Below, piece by piece: positions 9,991 to 19,386 of a DNA stretch of 64,000 bases. The translations under genes and the position numbers were made by a program. Source of the stretch: an uncultured bacterium (GTDB taxonomy: Bacteria > Sysuimicrobiota > Sysuimicrobiia > Sysuimicrobiales > Sysuimicrobiaceae); contig CAYTFH010000001.1 of NCBI GenBank assembly GCA_964437095.1, positions 119,072-183,071 on the forward strand. Reading direction: 5' to 3'. The notes beneath the pieces were generated by a model that was given only the letters and a program-made list of their open reading frames with translations, did not search any database and was not told where the DNA came from. How positions within the stretch are numbered: position 1 is the first letter of the stretch; each line of letters starts with the position of its first letter.

Positions 9991-10498
9991 ATGAAGGGAT
10001 GGGCATGGGTGAACGTAGTTCTGGGTGCGTGGCTCGTGGTGGCTCCCTGGATCCTCGGGTACGGGCGGGGGGGAGCCGTGGCCAACGACGTGGTCCTCGG
10101 CGTCGCGGTGGGTGTTGCGGCCATTGGCCGCGGCACTCGCCCGCATGCCGGACGCCCAGCGCAAGGTGATGATGGGCGAGCGGCTCCGGATGTTCGCCCG
10201 GATGCCGGAGGCGGAGCGCAAGCGGGCCATGGCCGCCATGATGGAGGGGGTCGCCGCTCTCCCGGACGACGACAGGAAGAAGCTCTTTCAGACCCGCTTC
10301 GAGGTCCTGGCGGAGCTCAGCGACTCGGAGCGCAAGAGCCTCATGAGCACCCACATGGCCATCGTGATGGAAAAAGGGATGGACATGATCCAGACGGAGA
10401 TGCGACTTACGGAGGCCGTTCTCCCTCAGCTGGCCCCGCCGGTCCGCCAGATGGTGCAGACGATGATGGAGAGCATGAGAACGGGCGGGATGCACTGA
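9991..10498 (+). CDS. SPW-repeat-like two-TM anchor fused (via apparent frameshift near 10125) to a Met-rich four-repeat domain (repeat-family member C)
   Basis: SD GAGGTGA + ATG. WVNVVLGAWLVVAPWILGY matches the SPW-repeat type. Downstream frame B encodes MPDAQRKVMMGERLRMFAR / MPEAERKRAMAAMMEGVAAL / PDDDRKKLFQTRFEVLAEL / SDSERKSLMSTHMAIVMEKGM ...MVQTMMESMRTGGMH, about 16% Met. Confidence 0.45.
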
Positions 10499-10541
10499 GC
10501 GCAGCCGGCGGGCGGGTCCCTGGCCGACGCTCCGAGGGGAA

Positions 10542-10952
10542 TCAGGAGCGGCGGCCGGCGCGCCGCCTGCCCTGCCGGGCGCCGCGGGCGCGCACCCTGC
10601 GGTCGATGATGGTGCAGCTGCGGATGCGGTCCGTGTGGTCCCGGAGCATGTCCGCGGCCATCTCCAGGATCCGGCGGACCCGCGGGTCGGTGACCCGGTA
10701 GTACACCCGCCGGCCCTCCCGACGGGCGGTGACGTACCCGCACCACCGTAGGCAGGCGAGGTGGCTCGACACGCGCCCCTGAGGGGAACCGGTGAGGGCC
10801 ACCAGCTCGCTCACGTTCTTCTCCTCGTCCAGCACCGCCTGCAGGATCCGCAGGCGCGTGGGATCCCCCAGCGCCCGGAAGAACTTGGCCATGAGGACCT
10901 CGTCCGACAGGTTCGGCAGCACGAAGGGCGGCGTCATCAGCTCGGCGCGCAT
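10542..10952 (-). CDS. ArsR/SmtB-family metalloregulator
   Basis: HTH KFFRALGDPTRLRILQAVL...VSELVALTGSPQGRVSSHLACLRWCGYV; SD GGAGGTG + ATG. Confidence 0.75.
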   Translation of the reverse strand: MRAELMTPPFVLPNLSDEVLMAKFFRALGDPTRLRILQAVLDEEKNVSELVALTGSPQGRVSSHLACLRWCGYVTARREGRRVYYRVTDPRVRRILEMAADMLRDHTDRIRSCTIIDRRVRARGARQGRRRAGRRS

Positions 10953-10970
10953 TCCTCACACCTCCAGGGT

Positions 10971-10984
10971 CGCACACGTGTTCA
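10971..10984 (-). promoter_or_regulatory. imperfect palindrome TGAACACGTGTGCG upstream of arsR (candidate operator)
   Basis: ACACGTGT core palindrome about 20 nt upstream of the arsR SD. Confidence 0.25.
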
Positions 10985-11031
10985 AGGATACGTGAGCATC
11001 TGGCGGCCCGCAAGCCCGCAGCGGCCGGGCT

Positions 11032-12762
11032 TCATCCGCCCTCCCGGGCGAGCCGGACCAAGCCGGCGGCCAGGCCGTCCAGCAAGGCCTCCCACGACGC
11101 CCGCGGCACCTCGTCCCACCCGGGGAGCTCACACCAGGCCCGCTCGCGGGACGGCTCCTTAGGCCTGCCCACCAGCACCGTGCGGTGCGCGGGGTGCTGG
11201 AAGCCTTCCACCACCACCACGTCCGGTGCGGCTACGCCGTCCGGCCGGCACAGGGCCACCGCCTCCTGCAACGTCAGCGGGTGGTCGGGGAAGGCCCGTA
11301 CCGCCGCCTCCGCGTCACCGGCCAGGACCACGGCGGCAGCACCCGCCCGAGCCGCCCGCTCGCTGTCGCTGCCCTCGCGGTCCAGCTGGAACCCGTGGGG
11401 GGCGTGCTTCACTACCCCCACCTTCAGGCCCAGATCCCTCAGCCTGCGCACCAGTCCCTCCACCACCGCGGTCTTGCCCGCCCCCGACTCTCCCACCACG
11501 CCCACCACCAGGGGTGCCGGACAGGCGTCCGGGATCTCCAGAGCGTCGCCGGTCTCTGGGTGGTCCAGCAGCAGCGCGGGGACCCCGGAACCGGCCCGCA
11601 GGTACGGCGTTTTCGACTTCAGCAACAGCAGGGCCTGCGCCCGCGCCAGGCTTTCCAGCACGGGGCCCGACAACGGCTGTACCGCCATCCGGGAGCCCGC
11701 GGGGGCCAACGCGGCCCACACGGCCCGCATGCGGTCCGTGGCCGGCAACTCCCCTTGCAGGGGAACGACCACCAGGGGCCGCACCACGTGCCGCCGCCCG
11801 CCCAAGCGCAGCAGCAGCGGCCGCACCAACAGGTGATAGGCCGCAAGACACGCGGCGGGGCTGCCGGACAGCGCCACCGCCCACCGCCTGCCTACCACAC
11901 CGGCGAAGAAGGGGCCGCCGGGCTTGAGGTCCACGCGCCCGGCCACCTTCTCCGCCCCCAGGTCCAGCCACACCCTGGGAACCCGGTCGTAACGTCCCAC
12001 GGAAACCGCCCCGGTGGTCAGCACCACGTCGTAAGGACCGGCCAGAGCCCTGTGAAAGGCGGCCCGCAAGGCCTCGGGACGGTCCGGCAGGGTGCCCCCG
12101 TAGTCCACCTCGCAGCCGGCCCGGGAAAGCTCCGCGGCCAACGCGAACGCGTTGGTGTTGAACACGCGGCCCGGCGCCGGCGGTCCAGGGGGCTCGGTGA
12201 GCTCGTCCCCCGTGCAGAACAGCACCATCCGCGGCCTGCGGTACACCCGGAACTCGGACACACCCCCTGCGATCAGGGCCGCCACCGCTCCGGGGCTGAC
12301 GGCCTCACCCTCGCGCACGATGATGGCGCCCTCGGGTAGCTCCTCGTCCGGGCGTACCACGTGCCGCTTTCGAGGCGGTGCCTCCGCCAGCACCACCGCC
12401 GCGCCCTCCCGCCGCACCAGCTCCAGCGGCAGGACGCGGTCTCCCCGGAGGGGCATGGCGGCACCCGTGCTGATGACCCACGCTTCGCCGCGGCCGGGCC
12501 CCGCAGCAGGCGGCTTGCCGGGCCGGCACTCCCCGGTGACCACCAGGCGCACCGGGTTTTCCGAGGACGCCTGCCGCACGTCCTCGTGGTGGCACACGTA
12601 GCCGTCCATGGCGGCCCGCGGGAACCCCGGGGCGTTGCGGGTACTACGCACTTCCTCCGCGCTCACCCGGCCGGCCGCCTGCGCGGAGGGGACCCACTCC
12701 ACACCCACCGGCCGCGCGCGCTCCAGCAGGCTCCTGAGGACCTGTTCCACCGGCTCCGCCAT
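11032..12762 (-). CDS. moeA: molybdopterin molybdotransferase MoeA fused to MobB
   Basis: MoeA N-terminal and central domains. C-terminus has the P-loop GVVGESGAGKT and VVKH of MobB. SD AAGGAGGG + ATG. Confidence 0.8.
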   Translation of the reverse strand: MAEPVEQVLRSLLERARPVGVEWVPSAQAAGRVSAEEVRSTRNAPGFPRAAMDGYVCHHEDVRQASSENPVRLVVTGECRPGKPPAAGPGRGEAWVISTGAAMPLRGDRVLPLELVRREGAAVVLAEAPPRKRHVVRPDEELPEGAIIVREGEAVSPGAVAALIAGGVSEFRVYRRPRMVLFCTGDELTEPPGPPAPGRVFNTNAFALAAELSRAGCEVDYGGTLPDRPEALRAAFHRALAGPYDVVLTTGAVSVGRYDRVPRVWLDLGAEKVAGRVDLKPGGPFFAGVVGRRWAVALSGSPAACLAAYHLLVRPLLLRLGGRRHVVRPLVVVPLQGELPATDRMRAVWAALAPAGSRMAVQPLSGPVLESLARAQALLLLKSKTPYLRAGSGVPALLLDHPETGDALEIPDACPAPLVVGVVGESGAGKTAVVEGLVRRLRDLGLKVGVVKHAPHGFQLDREGSDSERAARAGAAAVVLAGDAEAAVRAFPDHPLTLQEAVALCRPDGVAAPDVVVVEGFQHPAHRTVLVGRPKEPSRERAWCELPGWDEVPRASWEALLDGLAAGLVRLAREGG

Positions 12763-12842
12763 CCCTCCTTAGCATGGCGCAACCCGGCCCCGGTTGTCCC
12801 GGGTTGCTGCAGCGCCGAAGTCCAGCGCACCATGGGGGCAGG

Positions 12843-13451
12843 TTGCGGCTGGCTGGGGTGGTCCTGGCAGGGGGCAAGAGCCGGCGCATGGGCACGGACA
12901 AGGCGGCCCTGCGCCTCGGTAACGTTAGCCTGCTGGAATGGGTGGTGGAGCGGGTCCAGGCCTGCTGCGACCCGGTGTTCGTGGTCGCCTCCCGGCCCGA
13001 CGCTTATCCAGATCTAAGGGTCCCGGTGTTGGTGGACCGGTGGCCGGGGCTGGGGCCTCTGGCGGGCCTAGATGCAGGCCTGCGCGCGTGCCCCGGGGAG
13101 TACGCGGTGGTGGTGGCCTGCGACCTGCCGTTCGTCAGGCCGGAGCTATTGTGCGGGCTCGCACAGGAGGCGCAGGGCATCGACGCCGCGGTCCCCGTCA
13201 CCGACCGGCCCCACCCGCTGTGCGCGGTGTACCACCGCCGGGCGGCGGACGCGGCGGAGTTGCTCCTCCGCGCGGGCGGAGGGTCCTTGCGCGACCTGCT
13301 GGACCGTCTGCAGGTGCGCTACGTTCCGGAGGCCGTGCTCCGCCGGTGGGATCCCCACCTGGACAGCCTGGTGAACGTGAACACCCCGCAGGACTACGCC
13401 CGGGCCCTGGCCCGGCTTCGGGCCGCGGGCGAACACCGCCGTTCTCCGTAA
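12843..13451 (+). CDS. mobA: molybdenum cofactor guanylyltransferase MobA (start uncertain: ATG 12774, TTG 12843 or GTG 12858)
   Basis: GVVLAGGKSRRMGTDKAAL...VVACDLPFV motifs. Confidence 0.65.
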   Translation: MRLAGVVLAGGKSRRMGTDKAALRLGNVSLLEWVVERVQACCDPVFVVASRPDAYPDLRVPVLVDRWPGLGPLAGLDAGLRACPGEYAVVVACDLPFVRPELLCGLAQEAQGIDAAVPVTDRPHPLCAVYHRRAADAAELLLRAGGGSLRDLLDRLQVRYVPEAVLRRWDPHLDSLVNVNTPQDYARALARLRAAGEHRRSP

Positions 13452-13482
13452 CCGCACGCTCACCGCATGCCACGGTGGGTGT

Positions 13483-14187
13483 TCACCGGCCCGCCGCTGC
13501 TGCGTCCACCCACCACACCAGCACGCCGTCCCGCGGGCGGATCGCGCTGGCGGGACAGCTCAGGGCATCCACCGGCCCTTCCAGGGCCCGCCGCTTCTCC
13601 TCCCCAGCCACCAACACGTCTACCCGGCGCGCCCGGTTGAGCACGGGCAGGGTCAGGGTGAGGCGCACCGTGGGCGGGGTCCCGCCCCACACCGCCACCA
13701 CCCACCGCTCGGTCTCGAGGACCGCCGGCGAGCCGGGAAAGAGGGAGGCCACGTGCCCGTCCGCTCCCATCCCCAACAGGACCAGGTCGAAGGCGGGGTC
13801 GTCCGGCCCCAGCTCCGCCCGCAGGCGGTCTGCGTACGCGGCCGCCGCCTCATGGGGATCTGCCAGGTGAGTGGGCATGGGGTGGACGTTGTCCTGGGGG
13901 ATGGCGACCCGATCCAGGAGCGCGGTCCGCACCATGCGGTAGTTGCTGGCCGGGTGGTCCCGGTCCACGTACCGCTCGTCCCCCCACCACAGGCGGACCG
14001 CCCTCCACGGCACGTCCCGGTCTTGCGCCAGCAGTTCGTACATCCGCCTCGGCCTGCGGCCTCCGGCCAGGGCCACCACGCACCGGCCGGACCGCGCCAC
14101 GGCCTCCCGGATGCAGGCGGCGACGCTAGCCGCGGCGGCGGCGCTGAGGGTTTCCAGGTCCGGGTGGACCCGGACTTCCCCGGTCAC
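13483..14187 (-). CDS. pgl: 6-phosphogluconolactonase
   Basis: VALAGGRRP...WGDERYV...SNYRMVRTALLDRVAIP motifs; GTG overlaps the zwf stop (GTGA). Confidence 0.75.
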   Translation of the reverse strand: MTGEVRVHPDLETLSAAAAASVAACIREAVARSGRCVVALAGGRRPRRMYELLAQDRDVPWRAVRLWWGDERYVDRDHPASNYRMVRTALLDRVAIPQDNVHPMPTHLADPHEAAAAYADRLRAELGPDDPAFDLVLLGMGADGHVASLFPGSPAVLETERWVVAVWGGTPPTVRLTLTLPVLNRARRVDVLVAGEEKRRALEGPVDALSCPASAIRPRDGVLVWWVDAAAAGR

Positions 14188-15625
14188 GTGGTGAACCAGC
14201 TCCGGTGGTCGCGCCGCAGGAGCTCCCAGGCTTCTCCGGGACCCCAACTGCCCGCGGGGTACGGGTGGACCGGTGGTGGGTCCTCGAGCAGCCCAGCGTA
14301 CACGCGCCACGCCTCCTCCACCTCGTCCGCCCGCACGAACAAGGACGGGTCCCCCCACAGGACGTCCGGCAGAAGGGTGTCGTACGCGTCCGGGAGCACC
14401 CCGAAGGCCTGCCCATACCCGAAGTGCAGCCGCTCCGTGGTGAACCGAATCGGCTGACCGGGGTGCTTCACGGAGAAGTACAGGTCGAACCCCTCGTCCG
14501 GCTGGAGGGTTATGACCAGGGCGTTGGGGTCCAGAGAACAGCCGGGGCCGAAGAGGGCCACGGGCGCCGGCCGGAACACCACCACCACCTGGCTTCGCTG
14601 CTGCCCCATGCGCTTGCCCGTGCGCAGGTAGAAGGGCACCCCTTGCCACCTCCAGTTGGACACCTGCACCCGCAGGGCGACGAAGGTCTCGGTCTGGGAG
14701 CGGGCGCCGAGCTCCTCCGGGTACCCGGGGACGTCCCGCCCCTGGACCCGGCCGCGGCGGTACTGGCCGAACACCGCGTCCTCCCGCCGCACCGGGGCCA
14801 CGGACCGCAGCACCTTCACCTTCTCGTTCCGGATGGACTCGGCTTCGAAGCTCGCGGGCGGTTCCATGGCCACCAGGGTCAACAGCTGCGTCAGGTGGTT
14901 CTGCACCATGTCCCGGAGGGCGCCCACCTGGTCGTAGTACTCCAGCCGCCCTTCCACCCCGATGGTCTCCGCCACGGTGATCTGCACGTGGTCCACCCGG
15001 TCCCGGTTCCACAGGGACTCGAAGATGGGGTTGGCGAACCGGAAGGTGAGCAGGTTCTGCACCGTTTCCTTCCCGAGGTAGTGGTCGATGCGGTACACGT
15101 GTCCTTCGTCAAAGGAAGAGTGGACCAGGGCGTTCAGGTGGCGGGCGGAGGCGAGGTCCAGCCCGAAGGGCTTCTCCACCACGAGGCGGGTCCAGCCGGA
15201 ACTCCGGTTCAGGTCGCTGCGCCCCAACCCTTCCACTGCAGGGGCGACCGCGCGCGGGGGGGCGGCCAGGTAGAACACGCGGTGGGGCGGCAGGCCGAAC
15301 TGTTGCTCAGGCCTTCCACCCGGGCCCTCAGGGACTCGTAGTCCGCGGGGGTTCCTGGGCCGAGGGGGTGGAAGAACAGGCAGGCCTCACACCACGCCCG
15401 GAGCGCTTCGCAGGGGAGTCCAGCCTCCGCTAGGGCATCCCGCGCCCACGCCCGGAACCGTTCGTCGTCCCAGGGCGAGCGGGCGACCCCCACGACCACC
15501 TGGCGCCGCAGCGTCCCCTTGGCGCCCAGCCGCGCCAGAGCGGGGAGAAGCTTGCGGCGCATGAGGTCCCCGGTGGCCCCGAACACCACGAAGACGTGCG
15601 GCGGGATCTCAGCGCGCGTCGCCAC
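14184..15625 (-). CDS. zwf: glucose-6-phosphate 1-dehydrogenase, apparent frameshift near 15300-15340
   Basis: N-terminus VFVVFGATGDLMRRKLLPAL (15209-15625 frame). Remainder (FYLAAPP...RIDHYLGKE...) lies in the 14184-15278 frame. Confidence 0.7.
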
Positions 15626-16523
15626 GGCGCTTGAGGGGGTGCCCGCCGAACTGCGCCCGCATCACGGCCAGCAGCCGGTCCGCGTAGGACTCCAGGTCCC
15701 GGGAGCGGAGCCGCTGCAGCAGCGACAGGGTGATCACGGGCGCGGGCACGTCCAGATCCACGGCCTCCGCCACCGTCCACCGCCCCTCTCCGGAGTCCTC
15801 CACGTAGGGCGCCACGTCCGTCAAGTCCGGGTCCTGCTCCAACGCACGCGCGGTGAGGTCCAACAGCCAGGACCGGATGACGCTGCCGTGCCGCCACAGC
15901 TCTGCCACCTGGCGCAGGTCCAGACCGAACTCCCGCTTCCGCCGCAGGATGGCGAACCCCTCCGCGTACGCCTGCATGAGGCCGTACTCGACGCCGTTGT
16001 GCACCATCTTCACGAAGTGACCCGCGCCCACGGGCCCCACCCTCGCCCAGCCGCGGTCGGGCGCGGGGGCCAGGGCCTCCAACAGCGGCCTCAGGCGCTC
16101 CACCGCCGCGGGCGCACCCCCCACCATGAGGCAGTACCCGTTCTCCTCACCCCAGACCCCGCCGCTGGTGCCCACGTCCACCAGGTGGATGCCCTTCTCC
16201 CGCAGGGACTCGGCCCTGCGTAGTGTGTCCCGGTAGAAGGAGTTGCCGCCGTCCACCACCACGTCGCCCGGCGACAGGTGTGGCGCAAGCTCGTGGATGA
16301 CGCTGTCCACCGCTCCCGCGGGCACCATCAGCCACACCACCCGGGGGGCCGCCACACTCTTCGCCAGCTCTTCCAGAGAGGAGACCGCGCGCACCCCCGC
16401 CTGCTCCGCCCGACTCCGGGTCTCCTCCTGACGCGCGTACCCCAGCGCGCGGTGGCCGGCGCGCACCCAGCGCCGCGCCATCCCCCCTCCCATGCGGCCC
16501 AGTCCCACCAGCCCGACGTCCAC
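15609..16523 (-). CDS. gnd: 6-phosphogluconate dehydrogenase (short NAD-binding GndA/YqeC type)
   Basis: MDVGLVGLGRMGGGMARR Rossmann N-terminus; central ...MVHNGVEYGLMQAYAEGF... Confidence 0.75.
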   Translation of the reverse strand: MDVGLVGLGRMGGGMARRWVRAGHRALGYARQEETRSRAEQAGVRAVSSLEELAKSVAAPRVVWLMVPAGAVDSVIHELAPHLSPGDVVVDGGNSFYRDTLRRAESLREKGIHLVDVGTSGGVWGEENGYCLMVGGAPAAVERLRPLLEALAPAPDRGWARVGPVGAGHFVKMVHNGVEYGLMQAYAEGFAILRRKREFGLDLRQVAELWRHGSVIRSWLLDLTARALEQDPDLTDVAPYVEDSGEGRWTVAEAVDLDVPAPVITLSLLQRLRSRDLESYADRLLAVMRAQFGGHPLKRRGDAR

Positions 16524-16528
16524 GACGC

Positions 16529-17965
16529 TCAGTACGCCCGGGCGAAGTACACCAGGGCCACGGCGGGCTGACCGCACACCACACACGGTCCTGCGCCCTC
16601 CTCCTCCGGGATCACCCGGGGGGAGCCGCCCGTGTCCTCCCGCAGGCGGTCCTCGCAGGACGGGCTGCCGCACCAGGACACGCCCACGAAGCCCCGGCGC
16701 TGCCGGATGAGCTCCACCGCCTCCCCGTGGTCCCGGGCGCGCAGGGTGTGCTCTGTCAGGTAGGCCCGGGCGCGGTCCAGCATGCGGCGTTGGATGGCCT
16801 CCAGCTCCGCGCCCACCCGAGCCACGAGCCCGTCCAACGGCACGGCAAGCCGGCCACCCTCCGCGTCCCGAGGCACCAGCACGGCCTGGACCTGCTGCAG
16901 GTCCCGCGGCCCCAGCTCTACCCTCAGGGGAACCCCCCGCATCTCCCACTCGTTGAACTTCCAGCCTGGCGTGTACTCCTCGCGGTCGTCCAGCCTCACC
17001 CGGAAGTACTCCTCCAGCTGTGCGGTGATCAGGCGCGCCCGCTCCAGCACCGCGGGCTCCCGCTCCCCCCGCACGGGCACCACCACCACCTGCACGGGCG
17101 CCACCCGGGGTGGCAAGAACAGGCCGCGGTCGTCCCCGTGGGCCATCACCAGGGCCCCCACCAGGCGGGTGGTGACCGCCCACGAGGTGGTCCACACGTA
17201 CTTCTCCGTGTTGTCCCGGTCGAGGAACTTGACGTCGAAGGCGCGGGCGAAGTTCTGGCCGAGGAAGTGGGAGGTGCCCGCCTGGATGGCCTGGCCGTCC
17301 GGCATGAGGGCCTCCAACGTGTAGGTCCAGTCCGCGCCCGCGAACTTCTCGCTCTGGGGCTTGCGGCCCACCAGCACGGGCATAGCCAGCTGTTCTTCCA
17401 GCAGCCGCCGGTAGATATCCAGGATGAGACGGCACTCCTCGTCCGCCTCCTCCGCGGTGCGGTGCGCGGTGTGCCCCTCGTGCCAGAAGAACTCGGTGGT
17501 CCGCAAGAACGGCCGGGTGGCCTTCTCCCACCGGACCACGCTGCACCACTGCAGGATCTTCACCGGCAGGTCGCGGTAGGACCGGATCCACCGCGCGTAC
17601 ATGGGCATGATGATGGCTTCCGACGTGGGCCGCACCGCCAGGCGCTCGGCCAGTTCCTCGTCCCCGCCGTGGGTCACCCACGCCACCTGCGGGGCGAACC
17701 CCTGCACGTGCTCCGCTTCCTTCCGGAGCAGGGACTCGGGGACGAACAGGGGGAAGGCCGCGGTCTGGTGGCCGGTGCGGCGGAACTCCGCGTCCAGCCA
17801 CCGCTGGATGGCCTCCCACACCGCCCAGCCGTAGGGCCGGATCACCATGCAGCCGCGGACGGGGGAGTAGTCCACCATCTCCGCCTTCAGCAGGACCGCC
17901 GTGTACCAGTCGGACAGGCTGTCCTGCTTGCGGGGGATCTCCCGGACCCAGGTCTTGGCTCCCAT
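16529..17965 (-). CDS. proS: prolyl-tRNA synthetase (archaeal/eukaryotic-like class II type)
   Basis: 478 aa with class II motifs (...FLRTTEFFWHEGHT..., ...QAGTSHFLGQNF...) and a C-terminal zinc CxxC. Confidence 0.85.
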   Translation of the reverse strand: MGAKTWVREIPRKQDSLSDWYTAVLLKAEMVDYSPVRGCMVIRPYGWAVWEAIQRWLDAEFRRTGHQTAAFPLFVPESLLRKEAEHVQGFAPQVAWVTHGGDEELAERLAVRPTSEAIIMPMYARWIRSYRDLPVKILQWCSVVRWEKATRPFLRTTEFFWHEGHTAHRTAEEADEECRLILDIYRRLLEEQLAMPVLVGRKPQSEKFAGADWTYTLEALMPDGQAIQAGTSHFLGQNFARAFDVKFLDRDNTEKYVWTTSWAVTTRLVGALVMAHGDDRGLFLPPRVAPVQVVVVPVRGEREPAVLERARLITAQLEEYFRVRLDDREEYTPGWKFNEWEMRGVPLRVELGPRDLQQVQAVLVPRDAEGGRLAVPLDGLVARVGAELEAIQRRMLDRARAYLTEHTLRARDHGEAVELIRQRRGFVGVSWCGSPSCEDRLREDTGGSPRVIPEEEGAGPCVVCGQPAVALVYFARAY

Positions 17966-18110
17966 GTCCCCTCCGGAGGCGCCGCCGCCCCGGCGCTGCG
18001 TTCCGAGTTCGCCCGCATTCTACGACACGCTCCCCCGGCGCACAACGCGGCGAAGAGGGCCGGACAGCACCGGCAGCGAACCCACTCCCCGGAACCCTGA
18101 GGAGGTGGCC

Positions 18111-18515
18111 ATGGTCGGCTACTTGTACCACCCGCCCGTCACGGACTTCCCCATCGCCCTGTGGGTCACCGCCCTACTGTTCGACCTGCTGTACTGGCGC
18201 CGGCCCTCGGAGCTGTACCGGTCCATGGGGACGTGGCTGGTGGCCCTGGGGCTGGTGGCCGCGCCGGTGGCGGTGGCCACGGCCTTCTACGACTTCGTTC
18301 GGCTGCAGCGGGAGGGTGTGGGTGCCGCGTTCGTCGCGCGCCACACCGCCCACAGCCTCCTCGCGTACGCCGCCACAGGCACCTACGCGGCCAACCTACT
18401 CGTCCGCCTGAAAGCGCCCCGGGCCTGGGGCTGGGTTTTGGCCACGTCCGTGCTGGGAGCTGCCCTGGTGGCGGCGGTGGGCTACCTCGGAAACCAGGTC
18501 CGGCAGGTGATGTGA
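18111..18515 (+). CDS. DUF2231-like membrane protein
   Basis: SD GGAGGTGG + ATG; HPPVTDFPIALWVTALLFDLLY. Confidence 0.5.
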   Translation: MVGYLYHPPVTDFPIALWVTALLFDLLYWRRPSELYRSMGTWLVALGLVAAPVAVATAFYDFVRLQREGVGAAFVARHTAHSLLAYAATGTYAANLLVRLKAPRAWGWVLATSVLGAALVAAVGYLGNQVRQVM

Positions 18516-18527
18516 GGTCAGCCCGTG

Positions 18528-18932
18528 CTACGCTCCGGCCCGCGCCTGCGCGGCGTAAGCCCGGGCGCCCAGCTGCCGGAGGAGCTTGACCTCGTCCGCG
18601 AAGCCGTGGTTGAAGGCCACCACCCGCCCGTGGGGCCCCACCACCACCGTGGACGGGACGGTGAAGATCCCGAACCGCCGTGCCACGTGCGGCTGCTGCT
18701 CCACGTCCACCACCTCCACCCGCACCCCGGGGCCCGCCAGCTGGCGCAGCCGCTGGAGCGCGGGCAGCTGCTGGGTGCGGCAGGGCGCGCACAGCCGGTG
18801 GGTGAAGGCGATCACCGCGGGGCCTTCGGGAAGCCGCAGCCGCTGACGCAGCCGGCGGTCCCGCCACCGCACCCACCCCACGGCGGCCGCCACCGCCAAG
18901 GCCACCACCAGCAACGCCACCAGCCGGTCCAT
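18528..18932 (-). CDS. membrane-anchored thioredoxin-like protein (CAPC motif)
   Basis: N-terminal TM helix followed by AFTHRLCAPCRT; thioredoxin-fold length. Confidence 0.65.
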   Translation of the reverse strand: MDRLVALLVVALAVAAAVGWVRWRDRRLRQRLRLPEGPAVIAFTHRLCAPCRTQQLPALQRLRQLAGPGVRVEVVDVEQQPHVARRFGIFTVPSTVVVGPHGRVVAFNHGFADEVKLLRQLGARAYAAQARAGA

Positions 18933-18935
18933 TCG

Positions 18936-19382
18936 CTAGCCCCCGTGCGCGGATGGCCGGCGGATCAGGCCGCGGCGGGTGAGCTGGTAGAAGGCGAAGC
19001 AGCCCGCGCAGAAGCCGAACAGCAAGTTCACCGCGGCCAGCACCACCACCAGCCAGGCCAGCACCCAGCCGAGGACGGTGTACCCGCCCCACAGGCTCAC
19101 GGAGGCCAGCAGCAGGACGCTCCCCCCCAGGCCCTGGGCGAAGCGGTGCGGGGCCGGGTCGTCCTCGCGCTCATCGGGTTGCAACACCCGACCCTTGAGC
19201 CACCGGTGGTACACCTGCTGGAACAGGGCCAGGCGTGGGTCCGCGGTACCCGCCAGGAGCACCAGGGCCACCGCGGCCACCAGCCACCGCCAGTCCAGGA
19301 GGAAGGCCAGCACCGTGAACAGCACGATGCCCGCCTGGTTGGTCCGCAGGGCGTTGTGGTCTACCCGTCTCAAGCCCCTCAC
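18936..19382 (-). CDS. DUF4395 family membrane protein (C-terminal CxGC)
   Basis: Four TM helices, C-terminal FGFCAGCFAFY. Commonly paired with thioredoxin-like or rhodanese genes. Confidence 0.55.
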   Translation of the reverse strand: MRGLRRVDHNALRTNQAGIVLFTVLAFLLDWRWLVAAVALVLLAGTADPRLALFQQVYHRWLKGRVLQPDEREDDPAPHRFAQGLGGSVLLLASVSLWGGYTVLGWVLAWLVVVLAAVNLLFGFCAGCFAFYQLTRRGLIRRPSAHGG

Positions 19383-19386
19383 CCCC

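Noticed and set aside
10143-10498. Met-rich domain as an independent gene starting at ATG 10143
   Set aside because: No SD precedes that ATG, and coding signal is continuous with the upstream SPW-anchor ORF across a frame switch. A fused frameshifted gene is more likely, though an independent start cannot be excluded.
13452-13482. Hairpin CACCG-CATGCCA-CGGTG between convergent mobA and pgl as a bidirectional terminator
   Set aside because: Only a 5-bp stem and no flanking U-tract on either strand; too weak to call.
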